Positions 10,242 to 19,403 of a DNA stretch of 58,584 nt are shown one piece after another. The translations under genes were made by a program, and so were the position numbers. How positions within the stretch are numbered: position 1 is the first letter of the stretch; each line of letters starts with the position of its first letter. The DNA comes from Chthoniobacterales bacterium (GTDB lineage: Bacteria > Verrucomicrobiota > Verrucomicrobiia > Chthoniobacterales > DASVRZ01). The notes under the pieces are model-generated. The model saw only the letters and a program-made list of their open reading frames with translations. It was not told where the DNA came from and made no database searches. The stretch is from the NCBI GenBank assembly GCA_038225185.1, contig JBBRFA010000005.1:1-58584 (forward strand), written 5' to 3'.

Positions 10242-13200
10242 TCAATGTACGACAGTGGGTTGGGGGGCAAGCGGAAGGATTTCCAGCCGGAGAATCGGTG
10301 CTGGAGCGAAATTCACGAGGTCGAAATCGAGGGTGGCAGATTCTTTTTTTGGTTCCACCGGCCATTGCGCGGAAGTGCCGGCTTCGAGTGGTGTGTGGGT
10401 GAAGATAAAGATCTCGGAGACAGCCTTTTCCAAACCGGTAAAAATCTGGTTGAGCTGGATTTGGCCTTGCAAGAGTGGAGCCTTGCCGGTGCCGGTAAGC
10501 CGCAGCTCGGGGGTGAGTTGCCATTGGGCGATGCGTCCGCGGAGATCGATTGGAGATTCGCTTTTTACGAGGAGATCAATTTGCCAGTCGGGCGGCACCC
10601 AGGGGAGTCGAAAGGGATGGCGCGGCGCCAGTTCGGGGAGAGTCTCGGAGAGCGAAAGATCCCGGTGCAGGACCGCATTTTGGAAGGTTAAACGTCCGGT
10701 GAGAAAATTGTCTTCCGGGGTGCGTTGCCAGCGAACCGAACCGGAGACCACCGCCTCCGAAGGATCGTCGGAAGCCGACAAAGTGAGGTTTTTCCCGTCT
10801 ATGACCAGATCGGTGGCGGCCCCGGCCAGACCGCTCAGTTCCCAAGTGCCGCCGCGATAAAGACCGGTGAGACGGTCGGTTTGGATCTGATCCCGGGTCA
10901 CGGTGAAGGGGCCTTGGATTTTTTGGAGAGGTGCAGGGAGCCAGGAAGGTTGCCAATTAAGATTTTGGGCGGTGACCGTGCCGGCAAAAATCGGTTGTGC
11001 CAGGGTGCCTTCAAGGGTGGTGCGAGCGGAAAATTCGCCCGAAAAAGGACGCGACGCCACCACCCAGGGATGCCATTTTACCGTGTCGAAACGTGTGGCT
11101 TCGAGGGTGCCGGTGAGAGGTTTTTCCCGATCCAGCCAGCTTCCTGCCGCCAGATTGGCCGGCGTAAACGCGGTGGGCAGACGGATGTCGGTCAGGAGAC
11201 GGTCGCGGTCTTTCTCGGGATGAATCCGGGCTTGGATCTGGAGGTGATTGTCCGAATGGCTGGCGTCCAAAGAAAGCGTGGAAATGAGCCAGCGATTTTC
11301 AAAGGAAAAATCGCTCAGAGCGAGAGCGAGGCTTCCTTTCAAAGCCTCCCAGGGGCCGTCGAGAGTGAGATCAAAATCCGCCCGCCCGCGCACGGGCCAG
11401 AGGGTGCCGGTGAGTTCGCCAATTTCGCTGAGGGCGACTTTTTCACCGGTAATCCTGCCGCTAGCCACGGCTTGGGAGTCGTAAAATGCCGTCCAAGTCG
11501 GTGTCTCCAAGGCAGCGAGAATATTGACGGGGAGAGTAATGTCGCCGGTGATTTCTGAGGAGCGACTTCCGCTGATTTGCAGGTTGCGAAGTTCGACCGA
11601 ATCTGTGCGGACGAAGACGGCTGTTTCCAACCGGGCATTGGGGCGTTGCACGATCAATTGATTTAAAGTGATGCCAGCCGGGGAATAGGAGCCATAACTT
11701 TCCACGTCGATGGGCACTGCGCTTGGGCCTTGCGAAAGGATAAAATCGTTCAGTTTTACTTTGAAGGCACCGGAATGAGCCGCCACGCTGCCGTCGCCGC
11801 TCCACCACCATTTTGCGCCTCCCGAAACGGCGCGGGTTGAGATGATGCGCGGTAAAATCGGGCCGTAACTCGCGACATTCGCCGCTGAGGTTTCGATTTC
11901 GCCCGAATAACGTCGCGGCTGGCTCAGATTGAGCGTCGCCCAACCTGTCGCCAAATCCTTTCCGCGGGCAAATTCCAGCGAGCGGGCACTAATCTCCGTG
12001 CCGTTCAACGCCAGATCGCCCCGCACCCGGTCGATATCGATTCCGCGCACTTGCAAAGGTCCGCCCCGCATTTTTAAATTACCCGAAAACTGCTCTTTTT
12101 GTCGGCGCACATCCCCGGCGAAAAAAGCTTCGCCACTGACCACTTCCTGATCTGGAAAAAAAACCCCGATTGCAGATTGCAGATCGTCGATCTCGGCTTG
12201 CACCTGGAGATCGAACGTCTCGGGAATCTCCCAGCCTTTTCCAGGGAGTGAGGAATTGCCTTTAAGCCGGATTTTATTTTTTTCCTGCACCAGATCGAAT
12301 TGCGGAATCTCCAGCCGTCGATTGACGAGTAAAGCACTGGCAATGAAGGAGTTCCATCGCCGTTGATGCCAGCGAAAATCTGTCGCATTGATTCGCAGGG
12401 CTGTGGTGGCACGGGACGGCTCTGCGGGACTGCCGCGAAAAGTCACCCGGCCTTCGTGGAGCGTTCCCTCGGCAAATTCGTCGTTGCCGAGGAAATCCCC
12501 CACCTCGCTGACCGATAAATTCCAAAACGATGTCGCCGCCTCGACTTGCAAATCGGCTTTGCGCCGGTCGATTTCGATATCCGCCCTACCCTCCCCGCCA
12601 AAGGCTGCCCATTGCAGATCGGAAGTGATTTTTTTCAAGTCGGGCCGGGTAAAATCCAACGCCGCCCGTTCCAAATCCAAAGTCGGCGAGAAACGCACTC
12701 CGCCCACATAAAACGCGCGGTTTTTGAGCGCCGTCACTCCTTTTAGGTTTACAAACTTTTTCGTCCAACGACCTTGCCGTGCCTCGATCAGCGGCAAATG
12801 GATCGCCCCAGTAGTATCCGTGTCGAAATGAAAATCGGCCTCCGAAATCTCCAGACGTCCACCCTCCCAACGCAGGTCCAGCGAAAAATCGGTGACGAGC
12901 CATTTTGCAGGGAAAAAATCACGTGCCCTGCTGCTTTTATCCGGTTTGATGACAGGGTCAGCAAAAGCTTTTTCCGCCGCGGGGGGGGAGGCAAAATCCC
13001 AAGTGACACTGCATTTTCTCATGAGAATTTCTTTCGTGGGCGAGATTTCCTGATCAAAAAACAAGTGCCAGGGCGAAAAATCCACCGCGATGCGCTGGCA
13101 TTGCAGGCGGTTTTGCTTTTGAGTGGAGGGAGATGCCTGGATGCCGCGTAATTCCGCCTTGCCTGAAAAGAAATTGGCTTCCACGCGTTGCAATTCAAGG

Positions 13201-13376
13201 TCCCATCCTGCCTTGTGTGCCTGGGAGACGAGAACCTTGCGCACAGCCCAGGAGGAAAAGCCCGGTTGAAAAAAATAAATTAAAAAACCCAAAATCAGCA
13301 GCCCGGCGGAAATAATCTGCCACCGGGCGGTCTTTGCAGGCGGGGCGGAGCTGGAAGCGGGAAGATTTTTTTGCAC
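10242..13376 (-). CDS. AsmA/TamB-like beta-taco envelope protein
   Basis: 1044 aa, single N-terminal TM anchor, long beta-rich body, LEGTLAQPIFAG and LTGTGKAPLLQG segments typical of TamB. Confidence 0.7.
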   Translation of the reverse strand: MQKNLPASSSAPPAKTARWQIISAGLLILGFLIYFFQPGFSSWAVRKVLVSQAHKAGWDLELQRVEANFFSGKAELRGIQASPSTQKQNRLQCQRIAVDFSPWHLFFDQEISPTKEILMRKCSVTWDFASPPAAEKAFADPVIKPDKSSRARDFFPAKWLVTDFSLDLRWEGGRLEISEADFHFDTDTTGAIHLPLIEARQGRWTKKFVNLKGVTALKNRAFYVGGVRFSPTLDLERAALDFTRPDLKKITSDLQWAAFGGEGRADIEIDRRKADLQVEAATSFWNLSVSEVGDFLGNDEFAEGTLHEGRVTFRGSPAEPSRATTALRINATDFRWHQRRWNSFIASALLVNRRLEIPQFDLVQEKNKIRLKGNSSLPGKGWEIPETFDLQVQAEIDDLQSAIGVFFPDQEVVSGEAFFAGDVRRQKEQFSGNLKMRGGPLQVRGIDIDRVRGDLALNGTEISARSLEFARGKDLATGWATLNLSQPRRYSGEIETSAANVASYGPILPRIISTRAVSGGAKWWWSGDGSVAAHSGAFKVKLNDFILSQGPSAVPIDVESYGSYSPAGITLNQLIVQRPNARLETAVFVRTDSVELRNLQISGSRSSEITGDITLPVNILAALETPTWTAFYDSQAVASGRITGEKVALSEIGELTGTLWPVRGRADFDLTLDGPWEALKGSLALALSDFSFENRWLISTLSLDASHSDNHLQIQARIHPEKDRDRLLTDIRLPTAFTPANLAAGSWLDREKPLTGTLEATRFDTVKWHPWVVASRPFSGEFSARTTLEGTLAQPIFAGTVTAQNLNWQPSWLPAPLQKIQGPFTVTRDQIQTDRLTGLYRGGTWELSGLAGAATDLVIDGKNLTLSASDDPSEAVVSGSVRWQRTPEDNFLTGRLTFQNAVLHRDLSLSETLPELAPRHPFRLPWVPPDWQIDLLVKSESPIDLRGRIAQWQLTPELRLTGTGKAPLLQGQIQLNQIFTGLEKAVSEIFIFTHTPLEAGTSAQWPVEPKKESATLDFDLVNFAPAPILRLEILPLAPQPTVVH

Positions 13377-13493
13377 AGAAATCGGTCGTCATTCTACGCG
13401 AAAATCCACCAGGCTAAAGGCGGATTTTTTTCGATGAGCAGATCAGAAGATCAAACCATGGAAATATAGGAAAACTATCGTGGCGGGATCGTT

Positions 13494-14135
13494 TCAAGGC
13501 ACAACCGGCACGATTTCCACATCCTCTCCGAGCACGCGGCTGAGACGCTCCCGGAAATTGGCCTCCGTCTCATCCAGCAATCCCCGGCTTTTTTCGCGGG
13601 CTAACTCTTGCAATGCCGTCACCGATGTCTCCATGTCGCGAGCCGAAATCGGATTCCAATACCCGTTTTCATGGACCTCCACTTTCAAATCCTTATTCTC
13701 AATCGATAACAGGGTCGCAGGAGGCATCATCACTCGAGTCCCGTCTTTTCCCACATCCACCGAAAAACGTTCCAGCAGGTTAAAACCGCTTTTTACGGCA
13801 TAGTTGCCTCGCAGGCGAATCCGCTTCGTGCTGCCCGCCCAGGTGTGAGTAAATTCGCGTTCGACCTCGATTTTGCGCTCCAGCACTGCCACCTCGGCGA
13901 TTTCCGCTGTGGTTTCGGCGATCACCCGCTCGTTCACCCGCACGCGCGGCTGAAAATTTGCCACTTCAAAAAAACGTTCCCGCAAGGCGCGGGCTTTTTT
14001 TTCCAGAGCCGCTTCCGCTGCCAGCACCACGCGATTGGGCACCGCTTCCAACCAACGCAATCCCCACCAAGCCAGACCGGCCATCAACAGACAGAAAAAT
14101 GCAAAACCCAGGATGCGGGCAGGTGGACGATACAT
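13494..14135 (-). CDS. DUF4230-like membrane-anchored protein
   Basis: N-terminal TM helix, GNYAVKSGFNL and MPPATLLS segments, ~210 aa. Confidence 0.65.
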   Translation of the reverse strand: MYRPPARILGFAFFCLLMAGLAWWGLRWLEAVPNRVVLAAEAALEKKARALRERFFEVANFQPRVRVNERVIAETTAEIAEVAVLERKIEVEREFTHTWAGSTKRIRLRGNYAVKSGFNLLERFSVDVGKDGTRVMMPPATLLSIENKDLKVEVHENGYWNPISARDMETSVTALQELAREKSRGLLDETEANFRERLSRVLGEDVEIVPVVP

Positions 14136-14228
14136 TGGGAAAAAACTTCACCGGGAAAAGACATCCGGCAAGAAAAATAGAGCAAAGAGTAAGATCCCAT
14201 ACAATCCATCAATACCCTTAAAAAGTTA

Positions 14229-14259
14229 CTGGCCGCCGAACCAAAGGTCCGACGGCCAG
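14229..14259 (-). terminator. GC-rich hairpin followed by a T-tract on the minus strand
   Basis: ctggccg...cggccag stem; minus strand continues taacttttt. Confidence 0.45.
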
Positions 14260-14330
14260 CTGTTCCCCCCAGAACAATTCTTGAAATCTATATCGAAATT
14301 CGCACGGTTTTTAGGTTGTGCAAGAGAAGT

Positions 14331-14348
14331 TTGTGAAAAATTTCACAA
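14331..14348. promoter_or_regulatory. Palindromic operator TTGTGAA-N4-TTCACAA (matches the Rex consensus)
   Basis: ttgtgaa aaat ttcacaa in the AT-rich divergent intergenic region upstream of alaS. Confidence 0.6.
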
Positions 14349-14542
14349 TTTCTTTAACGACATTGTCTATTTAACACATCCCGACACGTCGTCAAACGGG
14401 TATTTTGAATTAATTTGTCACAATCAGGTTACGGAAAGGCTGAAAAAGCGTTTTCGAGGTGTTTCTCCCGTTTTTTTCTCAGCCGAGTTCCCCGGCGCAC
14501 TCTTTACCTTTCGCGCCGCTTCGCTACATTCGGCCTCCTGCC

Positions 14543-17500
14543 ATGATGACCAGCACCCAAATCCGCCAGAGTTACCTCGATTTTTTCCGTGAAAAAGAGC
14601 ATACCATCGTTCCTTCGTCGTCGCTTCTACCCGATTCGCCCAATTTGCTTTTCACGAATGCGGGGATGAACCAATTTGTGCCCATTTTCCTTGGTCAAAC
14701 CCAGTGCCCCTACACGCCTGGACGCGCCGCCGACACGCAGAAATGCATTCGGGCCGGAGGTAAACACAACGACCTCGACGACGTGGGACTCGACACTTAT
14801 CACCACACTTTTTTCGAGATGCTCGGGAACTGGTCTTTCGGCGATTATTTCAAAAAAGAAGCCATCGCATGGGCCTGGGAACTCGTCGTGGAACGCTGGG
14901 GCTTCCCCGCCAACCGCGTCTATGCCACTATCTACAATCCCGATCAAACACTCGGCGACCCGGCGGAACGCGATGAGGAAGCCTACGGGTTTTGGGCCGA
15001 AAAATTCCGTGCGGCTGGACTCGACCCCTCCATTCACATCGTTAACGGCAACAAAAAAGATAATTTCTGGATGATGGGCGAGACCGGTCCGTGCGGTCCG
15101 TGCTCCGAATTGCACATCGACCTTACCCCCGAAGGCGACACCAAAGGCAGCCTCGTGAACACGGGCGACGCCCGCTGCATGGAGATTTGGAACCTCGTAT
15201 TCATCCAATTCAACGCCAACCCCGACGGCACGTTTTCGCCGTTGCCCGCCCAGCACGTCGATACCGGCATGGGTTTCGAGCGCGTTACCAGCATTATCCA
15301 AGGCACCAAAGGGTTCACCGATTTCGCCAACGCAAAAATCTCGAATTACGACACCGATATTTTCCGTCCGATCTTCGACGAAATTGAAAAGCTCAGCGGT
15401 TGCCAATACACCAGCACCTTGCCGGGAGACGGCTCTCAACTCTCAACTCCCAACCCTCAACTGCCTATCGACATAGCATTTCGTGTCATCGCCGACCACA
15501 TCCGGACGCTCAGTTTTGCCATCGCTGACGGCATCCAACCAGGCAACAACGACCGCAACTACGTCCTCCGCCGCATCCTCCGCCGCGCTGTCCGTTATGG
15601 GCGCACCCTGGGATTTTCGGAGCCGTTTTTCTACAAACTGGTCGGCCTCCTCGCCCGCGAAATGGGCGACATCTTTCCAGAAATACGCGCCAAACAAAAA
15701 CTCGTCGAAGAAACCCTCAAGCGCGAGGAGGAGGCGTTTAATAAGACGTTGGATAAGGGGATAGCCCTCTTCGAGGCGGAAGCTGCGAAGCTGCCGGGGA
15801 GCGCACTCGACTCGCGTGCAGATTTTGGCGACTCGCCAAAATCTCCCCTCCCCATCGCCCTAGGCGCCATTTATTCCAAGCGCAACCTCCCCCATTTCGA
15901 GCGTCCGTGGGGCAAATACGCGGTCACGTTTTCCACGTTTCAACGTTGCACGCTCACCGATGCCGAGCGCGACATCGTGCTTAATTGCGTTCTCTTCCCT
16001 TTTGAAAATGGGAAATATCATCTTTACGCAGCCAGCGTTATGCCCGACCACGTTGACCTGCTTTTCGAGCCGCAGGTAAAGGAGAACGATGTTACGGGTG
16101 CTCCGATTTTTTATTTGCTGACGGAGTTGCTGCAAAGTATCAAGTCCGTTTCGGCACATGAGATAAACAAATTACGGGGGACAACAGGACCCGTCTGGGA
16201 TCAGGAGTCGTTTGATCGTTTGATCCAGTCGGATGCGGATTTGCAGGAAAAGTTTATGTATATTTGTCGGAATCCATGGGATGCCGGTGTGGTGCGAGAT
16301 ACGGAGGATTATCGCTGGCTTTGGACGGGGGAAAAAAGTGCTGCTGCGCAGGTGGAGGAGGGCGCATTGGGCGAGTCGCCCAATGCGGCACGCGAGTCGC
16401 GTGCGCTCCCCGGAGCTTTCGCCTTTCGGCTCTATGATGAGCAGGGGTTCCCGCTGGATTTGACGGAATTGATGGCTCGCGAACGCGGGCTCACGGTGGA
16501 TACGGAAGGTTTTGAAAAGCTCATGGATGAGCAACGCTCACGCGCCCGTGCGGCACAAAAGAAAACGGTGATCGAGCTTTCCGAGATCGAGACAAAAGAG
16601 CCGACGCAATTTCTCGGCTACGAAGATTCGCAGGCAGGTGCGCAGGTGGCCGAGGTGCTGAATTTAAAGGGAAAGAATGTCGTTATCCTGACCAATTCCG
16701 TCTGTTACGCCGAGATGGGTGGTCAGGTCGGCGACACAGGGGAATTGACGGGCGCGGGTGGACTTTGGCGCATTGCGAATACGCAGAAATCGGGTAATAC
16801 CTGGCTTCATTTTCTCGAAGACGCCGATGCCCCGGCAGTGGGCGATCAGGTAACGATTCAGCTCGACATTCCGCGTCGCGCGGCGATTCAAAGACATCAT
16901 TCGGTGACGCATTTGCTGCATTGGGCGTTGCACGAAGTCGTCTCGCAGGAAGCGACGCAGAAAGGCTCTTTTGTCGGGCCAGACAAGCTGACGTTTGACT
17001 TCAATTCCGCCGCGCTCACCCCGCAACAAGTGCGCGACATCGAGCGGTTGGTGAATGAGAAAATCGTCCAAAACGACCCGATTTCCTGGTCCGAGGTGCC
17101 TTATGCCGAGGTGAAGGGCCGGCCCGACATCATGCAATTCTTCGGCGACAAATACGGCGACACGGTGCGCGTCGTCGATATTGGCGGCTACTCGAAGGAG
17201 CTTTGCGCGGGCACCCATGCGCGGGCGACAGGCGAGATCGGGCTATTCCGAATCAGTAGTGAAGCCGCCGTGGCCGCAGGTGTGCGCCGCATCGAAGCGG
17301 TGGCTGGTTTGCAGGCCTACGAAACCGCTTTTTCCGATAGCGAACGCCTGAAAACGTTTGCCGCAAAACTGAACAGTCCATTGGCCGAGATCGAAAATAA
17401 ACTCGACGCTCTGCTCATCCAGCAAAAGGAACTCGACCGAGCCCTCAAAGCCGCGCAGCAACGCGAAGCCGCCAGTCGCGCCCGCGCCCTCCTCGCCAAC

Positions 17501-17839
17501 TCCGAGACGATCAATGGCACTCCCACGATCATTGCGAATCTCGGTGCCACTGACGGCGATACCCTGCAAACCGTGGCCGACGCGTTAAAATCGCTGGGCT
17601 TTACCGGAGTTGTCCTGCTCGGCGGTGCCGTTGATGCATCCGTCGCGCTAGTCGCTTCCGTCTCATCCGACTATACCGCCCGATTCCAAGCCGGTAAAAT
17701 CATCCAAACCGTGGCACCTATGATCGGTGGCAAAGGTGGCGGCCGCCCCGACAACGCCCGGGGCGGCGGCAGGGAACCCGCAAAACTCGAGGAAGCTCTC
17801 GCCCAAGCCCGCCGGTTTTTGGCGGAGATCTCATCGTGA
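14543..17839 (+). CDS. alaS: Alanine--tRNA ligase with an in-frame RAYT-like domain insertion
   Basis: LLFTNAGMNQF, HHTFFEMLGNWSFGDYFK, DTGMGFER, RVIADHIR, editing motifs HSVTHLLH and ELCAGTH, GVRRIEA, GGKGGGRP; 1098 aa, longer than a typical ~880-aa AlaRS. Confidence 0.98.
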   Translation: MMTSTQIRQSYLDFFREKEHTIVPSSSLLPDSPNLLFTNAGMNQFVPIFLGQTQCPYTPGRAADTQKCIRAGGKHNDLDDVGLDTYHHTFFEMLGNWSFGDYFKKEAIAWAWELVVERWGFPANRVYATIYNPDQTLGDPAERDEEAYGFWAEKFRAAGLDPSIHIVNGNKKDNFWMMGETGPCGPCSELHIDLTPEGDTKGSLVNTGDARCMEIWNLVFIQFNANPDGTFSPLPAQHVDTGMGFERVTSIIQGTKGFTDFANAKISNYDTDIFRPIFDEIEKLSGCQYTSTLPGDGSQLSTPNPQLPIDIAFRVIADHIRTLSFAIADGIQPGNNDRNYVLRRILRRAVRYGRTLGFSEPFFYKLVGLLAREMGDIFPEIRAKQKLVEETLKREEEAFNKTLDKGIALFEAEAAKLPGSALDSRADFGDSPKSPLPIALGAIYSKRNLPHFERPWGKYAVTFSTFQRCTLTDAERDIVLNCVLFPFENGKYHLYAASVMPDHVDLLFEPQVKENDVTGAPIFYLLTELLQSIKSVSAHEINKLRGTTGPVWDQESFDRLIQSDADLQEKFMYICRNPWDAGVVRDTEDYRWLWTGEKSAAAQVEEGALGESPNAARESRALPGAFAFRLYDEQGFPLDLTELMARERGLTVDTEGFEKLMDEQRSRARAAQKKTVIELSEIETKEPTQFLGYEDSQAGAQVAEVLNLKGKNVVILTNSVCYAEMGGQVGDTGELTGAGGLWRIANTQKSGNTWLHFLEDADAPAVGDQVTIQLDIPRRAAIQRHHSVTHLLHWALHEVVSQEATQKGSFVGPDKLTFDFNSAALTPQQVRDIERLVNEKIVQNDPISWSEVPYAEVKGRPDIMQFFGDKYGDTVRVVDIGGYSKELCAGTHARATGEIGLFRISSEAAVAAGVRRIEAVAGLQAYETAFSDSERLKTFAAKLNSPLAEIENKLDALLIQQKELDRALKAAQQREAASRARALLANSETINGTPTIIANLGATDGDTLQTVADALKSLGFTGVVLLGGAVDASVALVASVSSDYTARFQAGKIIQTVAPMIGGKGGGRPDNARGGGREPAKLEEALAQARRFLAEISS
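15433..15462 (+). repeat. Short heptamer tandem repeat (ctctcaa-type, 4 units) inside alaS
   Basis: ctctcaa ctctcaa ctcccaa ccctcaa ct, translated as SQLSTPNPQL. Confidence 0.75.
15794..16413 (+). mobile_element. REP-flanked RAYT cassette inserted in frame in alaS
   Basis: 26-bp terminal inverted repeats (15794-15819 and 16388-16413, 1 mismatch), each with an adjacent inner hairpin; interior encodes KRNLPH..YAVTF, VMPDHVDLL, IKSVSAHEIN, VWDQESFDRLI, YICRNP, YRW. Confidence 0.9.
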
Positions 17840-17898
17840 CCGATGGTGCCGCCGAACAATCGCTTGACGCACCCTCATCCAGGCTCACACTGTAGGCC

Positions 17899-18549
17899 AT
17901 GCGCTGGCAAACCATATACGAAGCACGCTGGATCCTTGCCATCCTCGTTGCCGCAACCTTGGGCTCTGCCCTTATTCCACACTGGCTGGGCCTGCTCCTT
18001 GCGGGCCTTTTTCTCCTGCTTATCCTTTATGTGTTTTACTTTTTTCGCGATCCCGAACGCGCCATCCCAGCCGGGGATCAATTGGTCGTCGCGGCAGCCG
18101 ACGGCGTCATCGCCGACATCGTCCCCGAATTGATCGAACCCGAGGTAACCGGGCAACCCATGCAACGCATCGGGATTTTTCTTTCTGTCTTCGACGTTCA
18201 CACCAATCGCGCTCCGTTGGCTGGCAAGCTCATCCATTGCCAACATCATCTCGGCCAGATGCTCGACGCCCGGCACCCCGACGCGACGCGGTTAAACGAA
18301 TACATCACCTGGGGATTTAAAAATTCGCAGGTTACTTTCGTTGTGCGCCAGATCACCGGCGCCATCGCCCGGCGCATTATTCCCTGGAGCAAAGTCGGCG
18401 ATGAACTTAAAAAAGGCGAACATTTCGGCATGATCCGCTTCGGTTCGCGGACCGAGGTCTATCTCCCGCTCGACGCCCGGTTATTAGTGAAAGTGGGCGA
18501 CCGCGTAAAATGCGGCACCACTCCCATCGCCGAATTGGCCGATCGCTAA
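17899..18549 (+). CDS. psd: Phosphatidylserine decarboxylase proenzyme (short type)
   Basis: FFRDPER, AADG, IFLSVFDVHTNRAP, IARRI, cleavage motif RFGSRT. Confidence 0.95.
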   Translation: MRWQTIYEARWILAILVAATLGSALIPHWLGLLLAGLFLLLILYVFYFFRDPERAIPAGDQLVVAAADGVIADIVPELIEPEVTGQPMQRIGIFLSVFDVHTNRAPLAGKLIHCQHHLGQMLDARHPDATRLNEYITWGFKNSQVTFVVRQITGAIARRIIPWSKVGDELKKGEHFGMIRFGSRTEVYLPLDARLLVKVGDRVKCGTTPIAELADR

Positions 18550-18569
18550 AACGCCAGGCCTCCCTTAAA

Positions 18570-19403
18570 ATGCATCCCGGCGAACCCAGAATCTACCTCC
18601 TGCCGAATCTGATGACGGCGGGAAATCTTTTCTGCGGATTCACGGCGATCCTGAGGATTATCGAAGGCGCCCTCATCCAGGTTAACAATCCCGAGGCCGT
18701 CGTGCCTTTCGTTTACTATCATCAAGCCATCCTGCTCATTCTCGGAGCCTGCGTCTTTGATATTTTGGATGGGCGCATGGCACGTTTCTCGGGGGCGGAA
18801 AGTCCCTTCGGACGCGAATTCGATTCCCTCGCCGACATTGTCTCCTTCGGGGTGGCGCCCGCATTGTTAGTCTATCGCATCGTCTTGAAAGACTGGAATG
18901 CCGGGTGGCTTATCGCATCCGTCTATCTCGTCTGCGGAGCATTGCGTCTCGCCCGTTTTAATTGCATCGCCGCCGCCAAGGAAAAAGGAACCGAACTGGA
19001 TAAGGATTTCTCCGGGTTCCCCATTCCTGCCGCCGCCGGGGTCACCGCCTCGATCACACTTTTTATGTTAGGCCTACAGGAAAACGACCGGGAGATCGGC
19101 CCCTGGCGTTTTGCACTCGGCCCGCTGCTGCTCTTTCTATCCTGGATGATGTTCAGCCACTTTAAATATCCCAGCTTCAAGGCAATCAACTGGCGCACCC
19201 AGAAATCGGTGCCCAAACTCATCGCATTCATTGTCATCATTCTTTTCACGATTCTTTACTGGCGTTGGATGCCCGCCGTGCTTTTCATTAGCTATTTACT
19301 TTACGGCTTCTTTCGTCCGTTCGTTTCCAAACGTCTCCGCAAAGAAATCGAGGAGGACGATGACGAGGAGGAATTGGAAAATCCACCGCCCGCGACGACG
19401 TGA
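18570..19403 (+). CDS. pssA: CDP-diacylglycerol--serine O-phosphatidyltransferase
   Basis: LPNLMTAGNLFCG, DILDGRMAR...FGREFDSLADIVSFGVAP, LRLARFN; adjacent to psd. Confidence 0.95.
   Translation: MHPGEPRIYLLPNLMTAGNLFCGFTAILRIIEGALIQVNNPEAVVPFVYYHQAILLILGACVFDILDGRMARFSGAESPFGREFDSLADIVSFGVAPALLVYRIVLKDWNAGWLIASVYLVCGALRLARFNCIAAAKEKGTELDKDFSGFPIPAAAGVTASITLFMLGLQENDREIGPWRFALGPLLLFLSWMMFSHFKYPSFKAINWRTQKSVPKLIAFIVIILFTILYWRWMPAVLFISYLLYGFFRPFVSKRLRKEIEEDDDEEELENPPPATT

Noticed and set aside
14459-14542. N-terminal extension of AlaRS from the ORF track
   Set aside because: The conserved start MTS..IRQ.YLDFF begins at 14543/14546; similar over-extensions were trimmed for mnmA, pssA, cnrX, the PEP-CTERM gene and others
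14035-14592. 185-aa + strand ORF across the alaS upstream region
   Set aside because: Overlaps two real genes, crosses an AT-rich regulatory region, no motifs
15791-16414. Intein or self-splicing intron as the explanation for the alaS insert
   Set aside because: No C-terminal His-Asn followed by Cys/Ser/Thr, no LAGLIDADG or Hint motifs, no group I/II intron ends; motifs are RAYT-like and the ends are DNA inverted repeats
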